Assembly (NCBI GenBank): GCA_964247055.1
Contig: OZ176050.1
Span: 2,108,001 to 2,172,000 of the forward strand
Direction of reading: 5' to 3'
Length of the DNA: 64,000 nt
From: Paragordius varius
Lineage: Eukaryota > Animalia > Nematomorpha
Positions 11,494 to 22,890 of the stretch are shown here, piece after piece; position 1 is the first letter of the stretch; every line of letters starts with the position of its first letter. Below the pieces are notes generated by a model. The model had not been told where the DNA came from. It did not search any database and saw nothing but the letters and a program-made list of their open reading frames with translations. The position numbers and the translations under genes were made by a program.

Positions 11494-14400
11494 AATTTTA
11501 AATCAGCTGTTAGTTTTAATATGTTTTGGAAGTGTCCCAACTTACAGACTCTAGAAGTCACCAAACAGTAAAAAATATAAGCTGTTTTTATCTAATACAT
11601 AAACAATTTTGATAATTAAATTTTAGAATTAACTTTTAAAATTGTAGTTTATTTACAAAATTGAGCTCTGAATTTAAAACCCAAAATGTAAACTAGGACA
11701 AAAAAATGAAAAGGTAATGAAATGTTAAATATATATTAAATATTTCAATTATCATAATAATAAAATCTTGTGATTATAAATAACTTACAATGACATTCAA
11801 TTTATTGTGTCCGGGGTCTAAATTTTCAATTTCATCAATTTTGTTCAATTCTGATAAAAGCTTTTGACCAAGTTCCTGAAGATTGCTTAAATGTTCCCAA
11901 ACACCATTTTTGCCCCATAATTGGATTTGCATCCAAAGATACAGCATATTATATTCGTTTACAGATTGTTTGTTGCTAAATAATGATAAATTATGGGATA
12001 ATATAAGATTTCCAAATTATAAGTTGTGTTTTATAATTAGTTGCCTAAATAGTATTGAATAGATAAATATTTATATGGAGAAAATGTGGGCTAATTGTAA
12101 CAATCTCCAATGTATAAACAATTTGATATTCTAAGATTAGCAAATTTTTTAATTCGTGTTTACACGATCCTAGCACAAAATTAGTTTAACAGTATGTTTA
12201 TGTCCCCATGTGTCGCAACTCCAATCATATAGTTAACTTAAAAGATTAAGGGTCTTATAGCTAAATCTCTTAAAAAAGAAAATTTTATACATATTCCTCC
12301 TTATGTAAAACTTTGACCTTTAATTCCATTTTAACACTTAATTACCTCTTAATTTGTTCTACATTTTGGGGTAGTTTTATATCCCATAGCTCAATTTCGT
12401 AAATAAACCACAGTTTTGAGATATTTTAGCCAAAAACGTCATTATCAAACCTTGTTCTCATGTATTAGATAAAAAAGCTTATATTTTTTAAGGTTTTGTG
12501 ACTTCTAGAGTCTATAAATTAAGACACTTCCAAACACGATTAAAATGAACAGCAGATATTAAAATCAAATTTATCAAGTTTTGGTAAAATGCAGTCTGAA
12601 GCTTTTAAAAGTTAAATTTACATTTTCTCTTTTTAACATTTATTTGCCTGTTGCATTAGCGATTTAATAAAATAGGAAAAAAATGGCGGTAAAAAAGTTT
12701 AAGATGAGGTTTTAACAATTTTACTTTTTTAAACAATCTTTCGTATAATACGCCTAAAAGGTTAAAGTAAGCAATTTTTAAATTTGGTTTAATATCTTAA
12801 TTACTTTTTAAAATAATGAAATTTTAAATGGCTCTGGGATATAAAATTACCCCCAAAAGGTAATGGAGTGTTAAAAAATTATACAATTATCTAAGCAAAA
12901 TACGTATACATATTATTCACCTGATACTATCATTTCCCAAGTCATCCGAGAATAAATCAAAATTTATTGATTCATCATTATTTTCTTCCTTGGAATTGAT
13001 ATTATTATTAGATTTTAAGGTATGGGTATTAATAACAGTCTAATAAACAAAAACATTTATATTACATAAGATAAAATTGGTCATTTAAAAATTTATGTAA
13101 ACTTAGACATTGTATCAGGCCCGCGAAAAATTTGGAAATTTATGATTTGCAAGAATATGCTCATAAAATCAAAGAAAAATTATTATTTCTTATACAAATA
13201 TTGTAAATAAGTTTATCCAATTGACAACGAACTAGAAAAGACGTTTTATTTTGTTTATATTTTCAGTTTTATGTTAATCCAAAAAATTCTTTATAAAGGC
13301 CCATCTGGAATTTTTTGCGTTGGAGACCCCTGGTTTAAAAAAAATAATGTACTTTGGTAAGTTTCTTCATAACATGATTCATAATATTTTAATATATTTA
13401 TGATAGTAAAAGAAAATAATTTAAAATAAATTGGAATATCTAAGAGCCATTTAATAATCATGCACGAAATATTAATATTAGAAGAATAATTCATATAAGG
13501 GGTCAAAAAGTAATACATATTTTTTAAATGAGGTTTAGTTAAATTAATTAATAAAATAGTAACTAACAGCAAAAGGGAGATCCCAATCATTAAGCCATTT
13601 GTTGAGATGGAGTGTAGTGCTATGAAAGCAAGCATTACCGAAAAATGCCTAAAATAACCATATTTTATATTATATTTCAATTTATTTGATCGTAAAATAG
13701 TATACAACTTTTTATAGCTTTGATAAATAATTAAGAGTTAAATTTTACTTTTTCTAGGTCGGGTTTGGATAAAAAATATTGAGCCATGTATGCCAAATTA
13801 TCTCTAAAATGGGTATACAATTGAAAAAAACAATAACTATTTTGATAGAAAATATTTTAATTTTATAATTTGGTCTAAATTTAAAGTTACCCTTCAACGT
13901 GTAACCAAATATCATTTTTTACACAAATGTCCCATAAGATTGGAATATCATCTTGTTCTGCAAACGAAGGAGTGCCTAATAGGTAATAATATATAATAAC
14001 TCTCTTTTACACCCAAAAATAACCAAATAAATGGGATAACTTACCCATAAAATTTTTAGTAATGGAAGATATCAACAATTCTTTTTTATGTCTTTAAACA
14101 GAATTTTTCCAAGTTTGCTCGATTAATTATATAGTCTTGTATAATATTCATAAAAATACACCATTTTTAAGTTAAACAATAGCATATGTTTGTTTGCGAC
14201 CATATACAAACATTTTTTTAAAGAAAGTGCAGAAAATCACAAAAATTTATTTTGGTAGAGACGCTCAAATTTATATAAGCTCCAGAAAAGTTTATATATA
14301 TATACATATTTATATATATCTCCCTGTAAAAAACAGTAGCAAAAACACCAAACTTATCATTTAAAAATTAAAAATATATTTTGACATATTTCAATTTGTA

Positions 14401-17400
14401 TGATAAACTACCAAACTTACTTGCATAGGCGAGTAAGAGTATAGGTGTCCTATTGAGAAATTCAATGTCATTTTTGATGGTGTCTTGCAACATTGCAACA
14501 TCAAAACACAAAGTGGGACTAATCGATTGATTTTTATCTAAGACCTCGCGACACGCAATCAAACCAAAGGATTCATACGATAGATGAAACTATAAAAAAT
14601 TAAAATATATTAGATTAAAATATAAACAATTTATATGGCATGTTAATAAATTGATAAAATCTTATGTTTGACACAAATTGCCGATGGTAATTTAAAATAT
14701 AAATTAAAATAATGAAAAATAATTGATCAAAAATACTGTAAAATGTGATTCTCTATAATTTTTTGTCTTATATTCGTATTAGCCATAACGTTATTTTGGC
14801 GCATAGTCTATAAATGTTAAAATTCACAGTGGGGTAAAATTTTGCTCTAAATATTACACTTAACTTTGACAACTACATATCAATAATTGAAAAAAAAATT
14901 TATTTCTATAAAACGTCAAAATAATAAAACTTATATATAATTTAAATATTTGCAAATTTTAACTACATATGAAGGGGTAGATTTAAAATAAACCGCAATT
15001 CAGTTAATTTAGCTAATATAAGCCATTTATTTATATTTACAATATAAAAACTACTCTATGAAATTAAAAATACTAAAATTTAAGTTAATATTTTCTAATA
15101 TAGGTTATATTAATCAAGGGTCATTTTTATTGTAGTAATTTTATTTAAAAATTTTTTATATCTAAATTTTATTAATTTTAATAATTTTTGCATTAGTCTT
15201 TTCCTAGTGTATAGTATTTTTCCCATATAAATTTGCATTGATACTAATTTTATGTCAATAGATTAAGTTATATACTTACGCCGAAATATGGACTCAATCC
15301 TGGCTTTTTAACCCTAAGAAGAACACACCAAAAAATGACATATTTATCCAATAAACAAATCAATGCTTCGTTATTTAATAAACTATTTCTGCGTCAAATG
15401 GATTATTTCTGCTAGCAATTGAATATGCCATCCGAATACATTTTATCTTATATTTAGAAGGGTGTAATCTGAAAAAGGCCATTATCCTATTTTTGGTAAA
15501 AAAAATTTAACGATTTCTATTATGAAAATGGATATATCATAGATAAGAAATGCCGATTTACATTTTTGAGGAAATCCACGATCAAAGATTACAATACATA
15601 AAGCAACCAAACTCACTTAAAACACAGAAAAATATTGATTGAATATTGTACAATGTATTGCAATTAAATTTATAAATACATAAATACAATTCATGTCACC
15701 AAAATATTTATTTGAGTATACATGTTTTTATTTTTGTTGAATTATGGTTTTTTGCTCGCTTTCTATTAATAAAATTAATAATAATTAAATGAGTTTGTGA
15801 GCTTTTTTGGATATTTTGTAAAATAGACAATTATCAATAAATGCTTTTATTAGAATTTATTAGAAAGGTGTTTATATATTTATAATCAACTATTTTTAAC
15901 CAGGAGTTAATCGTATTTTCGTCTATAAGGTATTTTATATTATTTATTAATGATATTTTTGCAATAACAACTTTCCCAATATCAAAGACTTTTATTATGA
16001 ATTAGGTCATGTGTCCAAAGTAGGATAGTTTGATGCGGTTAACCGAAGAAGAATAAGGTGGATGGAAAATATACTAAAACAAACCAATGTAACCTTGGCA
16101 GAATTTAACATTTAAACAAAAAATCGCAATCTATGGAGAAGTTGTATTTACAATATTGCAAAACGTTTCGGCTGTACCAACAGTTCCATCTAAACACAAC
16201 TTAAATTGTAGTTGATTACAAATTAAAACAACAAAATATTTTACATAACAAAAATATATTTATCAAACAATCAATTGAATTAAATTAATTAAGTATCATG
16301 ATGATTGTTCTGGGCAATAATGCCAAAAATACTCAGCTATCATATGACTAGGGTTTTGTTCATGTATAATTATTCAGTTTAGTTAATTTCTGAGTAAAAA
16401 TTTTTCTATGTGCTAATCCGCTATGTATAGTTTGAGCGTACATTTATTAAAATGATATCTATATATTGATTCTTAAAATTTCATCAGTTGGTTAAAACTT
16501 TTAACGAGTTTTGTTTCCCGTTTTCACTTTTATAATGATACAAAAAGTTATCATCAAATGTTTTATAATCATCCTCTCTTTGACTCCCATTTTAACGTAA
16601 TTCCTCGTCCATTAAAAGTTGGTCAATTCGGGCATCAGTTAAGCACCCATTTATAAGTTATATTTGGACATTCGGAATTTACTAAGGTAATAGGTAAATG
16701 CTAACATATCCAAATTAATCAAAAAAGTTCTTGCTAGTCCCAATTTGATGTTAAGAGGAGGGATCCCTAGTCTATCCATGCGAACAATTGTCTCATTTCA
16801 TCCCATGTTCTCCAACATCGATTAGTCTAGGGAATGTATCCCCCAGGCTGACATCCAAGCTATTGAAATGACAGCTTGTACATGAGGTAGGATAGCCCGA
16901 TTTCAGACCTCTTAAAATTGACATAACCCATCATCATATTTATGATATGGCGACTTCCAAATCCTTGGTTATTACATGGAAGAGGAAGCAGCCAAATGAA
17001 CGGGAAATACTCTATAATGTTGATGGTGATAGGTCATGATAACCAATGGTAAATAATTTGTGATTTTAAAATATAAAAACCTTTGAGTGATAGGTTTTGT
17101 CAATTTTAAGAGGTCTAAAATCCTACCTTTTCATGTCCATGGTGTCCTTTCAATAGGATACCGAAAGTCACTCTAGTCAGGCAGGGGATACATCAGCAAG
17201 AATTGATGTCAGAATATCGAATAGAAAGGAGACCATTAGTCCATATGGATAGACTTGGGATGCTTCCTCATCATATCAAATTGGGGCTAGCAAGATTTAA
17301 TTAATTTGGATAAGGATGGTTTAACATTTACCCATTACATTAGTAAATTCCGAATGTCCAAGTCTAGATTATTAAATGGGTGCTTGACTGGAATCGAACA

Positions 17401-20400
17401 ACACTTAATAGACGAGGAAGTTGTAATTATGGAAATCAATGATAGTTTGTGAAGCGTATAAAACATTTAGTGATAAATTTGATCATTATAAATTTGAAAA
17501 CTAAAAGTTGGCAGCAGAAGCCGTTAGTAGTTTTTATCAACTGGGTAAAATTAAAGTTAGATAAAATCAATATGTAGAAATGATTTTAACTCTGTTTACT
17601 CTTAGATATAAATATGTCGCATAAAGTGCATAGAAGGGATTAGCACATAGATAAATTATCATTCAGCAAACTCCCCTAAATTTAATACTGTACAGGAACA
17701 AAAATCCTAGTCATATGATTGGTAAGTATCTATCAACCATTATGCTACAATATACTAACTCTATATTTATTTTAATTATATTGATTGTATTACTTGTGTT
17801 GTGTACAAGTATTTTATTGTTTTTATTGTAAATCCAGAATTGAATTTGTTTTTGGATGGATGTGGTACAGTCGATGTCGAATTTTTGCAATATTGTAAAT
17901 AAAACTTTTCTATACATAGCGATTTTTAAATTAAATATTGAGTTCTGGTAAGGTTACATTAGTTTTTTAGTATATGTCCATCCACCTTATTCTACTTCGG
18001 CCACTGTCCTATTTTAGACACATGTGTTCTAATTCTTTGGAAAAGTCCTTGATGTTAAGAAATTGTTTTTGCAAAAAAAAAAAATAATATATAAAACTAT
18101 AAAGGCGGAAATACAATTAACTCTTGAGATAATGGATTATTAAATATATCAACACCTTTCTAATATATATTCAAATAAAAGCATTTTTATTCATTTCTTC
18201 CTTAACTGTTTATTTAATAAATCCAAGAAAAAAAGCGGCGAAAAAATTTTCTTAAAAAAATGCGCCAAAACAGGATTGAAATATACAGCTGATATAAAAT
18301 TGCTGATAAAACGTAGTCTGAAGCTTTTTAAAGTTAATAATTTACATTTTCCAACCATAATATACATTTATTTGACTGTTGCATTAGTGATTTAATAAAT
18401 TTATAAAAAAATGGCAGCAAAAAAGTTTGAGATTAGATTTTTTTACAATTATTTTTTTTAAAAAATTCTGTAATGTGCCTAGAAAATTGAAGACAGCATA
18501 TTTATTCGGCATAATACCTTAAATACTTTTTAAGATATTCAAATTTTAAATGGCTGTGGTATATAAAATCACTCTAAAGGTAATCTGTAATAAATATATG
18601 ATTGTATGAGGATATTTATGACTTATAATAAAAAATTATATTGCAATACATTGCACATTAAACGATATTTTCGTTGTATTTTCGAGTATGTTTATTTCGT
18701 TTTCTTTTTGTAATTTTTCATCACGGTTTTCCTAAAAAATGTAAAAGATATATTTGGATTGCTTTCAATTAAATCAGAAATAATTCATCTTGAGCCATTT
18801 AATATCCAAGCTTTGATTAGTTTATTGGAAATATTTAATGCCATTTAATTGTGTTTTGGTGTGTTCTTGTTAGGGATTAAAAAGGCAGACGATCTCGACC
18901 CAATCCATATTTTGGTGAATGTTTATTTATTTTTTCAATATATAATTAGTATAAATGCGAAATATAGGAAAAATAACATCATATATAATTTTTTCCGAAA
19001 GTTTACTTATATTAAAAAATAAGTTACATCTAGAATTTGGATATTTTTAATTAATGAGTAGTTTTTACGTTGTAAATAAAAAGAACTTATTTAAGCCAAA
19101 TCAACTAAATTGGGCTTTATTTTACATAAGTTTATACATATTAAGCCAAAATTTTAAAATAATATTCAATCAATAATATTTATATCATATATAAATAATT
19201 TTTGATCCCGTATTATGGATACAAATGATTTCAGATTATAGCCGTACGTAAAAAAATGCGAAATAATTTTTCTATAATGTCAATTTTTTCTTGCATTTTA
19301 AGTAGATATCACAACGGTTATAATAGACTAGGTGTGATATCTAAAGCACATTTGTTGCACAAAGGCAATACACTTATTTTTAATACCACCAAAGCCATAA
19401 AAGTAATATTTTGAAATAATTCTTAATTATTTGTTTAACATTAAAACCTGTGAATGTAAAAACTGCATTCATACAATTGAGATAACTTGATATGTCCATA
19501 TATTATATCATAATATTTATTTCAATCTAGTGGTTTTTATTTTTGACAATATAAAAATATACTGAAAATTAAATTTAGCACACATTATTTTTATATTTAG
19601 ATTCCCAAATAATCATTTTGACTCAGTTAACACTTCATTTTTTGCAAACGATTATATTTTGGGACAGACTTTAAATTTGTTAAAATATTGTGTTTTTGGA
19701 TATAATTTATCCCTGTATGTTATCCAGTATTAATCTTATATTTTTACATTGTTCTATCTTGAAGAGTCTTAAATCCGAATAAGAATTAATACATTTAAAG
19801 AAACAGCTGATTTTTAAATTAATAAAAATCAAATTGCTGGTAAAATGTGAAGGTTTCAAAGCTAAAAATATATATTTTTTACCCAAATATACAATTTGCC
19901 TGTTGTAATAGCTATTTAATAAATTAAAGAAAAAATGGCAGGGAATAAGTTTGAGATAAGAATTTTTTATAAATTTGCGTTTTTAAAATAATCATGCGTT
20001 TAAAATAAAAGGCTAAATTTAAAAAAATATTTAAATTTAAATAAAGGTTGGTGACTAACCAAAAAGGTAATAAAGTATTAAACTTTTTCAAAAAATTGAT
20101 GTGAAAGTATGCATTCTTCTATCTTTATCATTCATTATTTTGTTTATAATCACAAAATTATAGCAATAATAAATACTTTCTGTCGTAAATCTTCTGCTAT
20201 TTCAGTATTAAAAGATGTTTCAGCCATATAAATGATTGGAATTTTGTCCTTAAAAGCTAGATATCCCATTGTTTCCCATTCTGGAAACGATTTTATTAAA
20301 GCATATCTCACGATCTGATAAAGAGCCAATTTTATTTGCTCAATCTGAATTTCGATATTGGATATTTGTGAAAATATATCATTTTCGCGTAGACCACCGT

Positions 20401-21071
20401 ATGGTTTGGCATTAAAAATCGTGTTGTTAGCACTATTTGGGGGTGTACAATTCAAATCTGATGGACTTTGATTTAACAAATCTGTACTCCCCTTAGTAGA
20501 GTTTAATGATTGCAGTGATAATGATGATAGCGTTTCGATATTGGCATAAGGTTGGTGCAAATAATTACAAGTTTTTTGAAATAATCCATTGGGAAAATGT
20601 TTTATATTCACATTAAGGTGAAGCCACACGAATTTCCATTTTAATTTTCTACATTTACTTATATATATAATTTACTGTAAAAATATGGAAGTTACCCATT
20701 GTTCACAATCGTTCGACAATAGGTTTGTTAAAGTAATCAAAGAATCTCTATCAACATACCATGCCAGATAAGTATATAACAATTGGCAAAATAGAATCAA
20801 GTGATTAATGTTTATATTAATTTTTTTACGATCATGGATATTAACATATTCATAGTTGACAGCATAGTGTATTAAAATTTTAAAACGGTTAAGTATAAGG
20901 CATAAATCGGCTCTGCTTTCTATAGTAAAACATTGATTATCCAAATTTGTATTTATATTCCTAAATAATTATATTCTTTTACTTTAGATTAAATATATTT
21001 TGAAAAAAATTATTTAATTCCTGAGTATAAGGCAATATAAATTTATCAACGCTCTGGTGCAAAGTTAACAT
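5804..21071 (-). CDS. PDXDC1: Pyridoxal-dependent decarboxylase domain-containing protein 1, about 884 aa, 18 exons: 21071-20983, 20960-20676, 20648-20177, 14589-14421, 13975-13891, 13803-13749, 13648-13568, 13039-12921, 11975-11789, 10633-10517, 10338-10183, 10099-9988, 9713-9542, 9294-9170, 9103-8985, 8916-8824, 6574-6475, 5922-5804
   Basis: Exons join in phase with GT-AG (2655 nt in total). Family motifs include IWLHVEG, LNALNTW, WAGLGAVQY and EGVLRHVPVLSSLINWWSP...KGKSFDFNSG. Confidence 0.88.
6700..7550 (-). mobile_element. Decayed non-LTR retrotransposon (RTE-like) RT/C-terminal fragment inside a PDXDC1 intron
   Basis: Interrupted frames give KFALKVNTLKNKLM (post-YADD RT motif), CLRWAGH and AANRKKW, with many stops and frameshifts. 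Confidence 0.6.
8142..8681. mobile_element. MITE-like element with ~78 bp imperfect inverted arms (8142-8218 and 8604-8681)
   Basis: acaacatcaatgcaatc(a/c)accatg..aaaataagcct is present on opposite strands. Confidence 0.55.
10943..11050. ncRNA. Candidate structured intronic RNA or hairpin element, class unknown
   Basis: GC-rich 108 nt island closed by a perfect ccggactt/aagtccgg stem with further internal pairing. Confidence 0.3.
11190..11580 (-). repeat. Dispersed repeat family C, copy 1 (inverted relative to the other copies)
   Basis: Reverse complement matches 12480-12880, 18270-18590 and 19760-20090. Confidence 0.7.
12480..12880 (+). repeat. Dispersed repeat family C, copy 2
   Basis: Shared core gtctgaagctttt...tgttgcattag(c/t)gatttaataaa...aaaaatggc...aaagttt(a/g)agat. 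Confidence 0.7.
15750..18240. mobile_element. ~2.5 kb degenerate foldback palindrome (arms about 15750-16980 and 17035-18240) in the 5.6 kb PDXDC1 intron 3
   Basis: Colinear reverse-complement matches along the whole length, e.g. aagcacccattt...ttggacattcggaatttactaa versus 17340-17390, and cagacctcttaaaattg versus caattttaagaggtct. Central loop is about 55 nt. Confidence 0.8.
18270..18590 (+). repeat. Dispersed repeat family C, copy 3
   Basis: Colinear with 12550-12870. Confidence 0.65.
19760..20090 (+). repeat. Dispersed repeat family C, copy 4 (more diverged)
   Basis: Shares tttgcctgttg...atttaataaatt...aaaaatggcag...aagtttgagat. Confidence 0.55.
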
Positions 21072-21922
21072 GTGGATTTGTTTGACATATGAGTTAAATG
21101 CCCAAAATATATCACATATGTATTTTTACAACCGACTTTTAACACTTTCAAAAATACATTAGCCCACAAATCCAACTGATAAAAGTAGCTTACTAAATCA
21201 AAAACTATGTGAAATCACTGTTATTTAAAAAATAAAACTTGGCTTAAACGATAATGATTTAATTAATTTAATGTTATAACCAGCAACATAGTGTATATTT
21301 TAAATTTTACCCAATAAAAACTGACAATTCATATATCCCTTCTTTATCATGTAGGGTAGTTTATATCCCATCGCGATTTTACATGCAAATAACTTAAATA
21401 TACCTATGATATTTGTGAAGTATATACAAGACATTGTGATTAAATCAAAGGAATGATTTTGGTTTTGGGTCTTACGAGTGATTTAAAATTGCCAGTTATG
21501 TGTATATTGCTCCCATATCAAAATGTTTACATAATTTCCGTATAAAAGCAAATTCTTTATTTCAAATTATATGATAATATATATCAGTACCTAAATTACA
21601 ATGTATATTTTATTTAAGGTAGGCTCCAAAAGTCAAAATTTTGCTAAATTCAGAAATGGGGTAGTTTTTAAGATGCTAAAAACGCCTAAATTATGCCGTA
21701 ATAGTTATGAATACATTATGATATCAAAATATTTCGATCCTGACTTTTTAAATCTTGTTGGGTGTAGCATATTCTCAACACTATGTAGAGATGTTTGATT
21801 GAAAGGTGTGATAACTGTAATTAGTAAATTTAAAAAAGACATATTTGTAATTGATTTGAATATATAGACTAACAAATTTTTTAGTTTTCAGATGTGTTAG
21901 ACTCGATTAACCATGTACATTT

Positions 21923-22890
21923 ATGAAAAAGTTAGGAAGCATTGGAAGTTACAGCAAAGCTTATAAACTTGCTCGAATACACATAAAAAAGAATACAAAC
22001 CCTGGTGGCCAGACCCAACGAACTTTTAATGAAGGGTGTTCAAGAATGTCATCTCACTATACTTGTTTAATATTTGTACTGAATGATCATGAGACTGAAA
22101 GCTTAAGGATAGGAGGGAGAAGATTTAACAATCTAAGATTCACAGATGACACGACGCTGATCGAAAATAATGTAGAAAGTTTAAATAATATGATAAGAAT
22201 TGTAAAAGAAAGCAAAAGATATGGAATGAACTTCAATCCTAAGAAAGCCAAAATTATGAGTTTATTACAAAATAAACCTAATATAACCATAGACGACACC
22301 CCATTAGAAGTAGTAAATGAAATCCTATTCTTAGGCTCTATAATAGATATTAACGGCTCCTCTACGCCAGATATACGCCGCATAGCGCTAGGGAAGACAG
22401 CTGCCAAGTTGACTAAATTATGAAAAAATAAAGATATCACTATGAGAACTTAAAAGAGATTAATGAAATGCATGGTTTTTCCGGTAACAACTTATGCTGC
22501 CGAAAGTTTGACACTAAAACAGAATGATAAAAAGGGAGCAGCAATAGAAATGTCGTGTTGGAGGAGAATGTTGAATATTAGATGGTCTGACAAGGTTAAT
22601 AATGAAACGTTAAGAGAAAAATTAAATATTGAGCCACTTGATGGAAGCTATAATGTTCACGTATATTGGTCGCATTTTAAGAAGTGCATCTCTCGAGAAG
22701 TTTTATTTTTGGAAAAGTTAATGGGAAAAAAGGAAGCACTGTAAAGAAGGAATCTGGAAGATGGATAAGGAAATTGAAAGAAATAGCAAGGGAAAGAGAC
22801 AAGTGGACAGAACTGATCAATTTTTCCAAGGGGTCTTACTCGACCTAAGGAGTCACCTATGACTATACCTATTTGTTGTGTGTGTATTAA
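21923..22890 (+). mobile_element. 5'-truncated, frameshifted RTE-clade LINE (RT domain to 3' end)
   Basis: RFNNLRFTDDTTLI (YADD-equivalent), YGMNFNPKKAKIM, FLGSII, RRIALGK, VFPVTTYAAESLTL, EMSCWRRMLNIRWSDKVNNE; split over several frames. Confidence 0.85.

Noticed and set aside
13291-13707. 138 aa hydrophobic ORF resembling a membrane protein
   Set aside because: The real PDXDC1 exon (13648-13568) is in a different frame; hydrophobicity reflects T-rich intron sequence.
15280-15485. Possible PDXDC1 exon with a 1 nt frameshift or non-canonical 20 nt intron, ending in a strong GTAAGT donor
   Set aside because: Exon 20648-20177 gives a much better match to that part of the protein and joins 14589 in phase, so this region is intronic; at most a cryptic exon.
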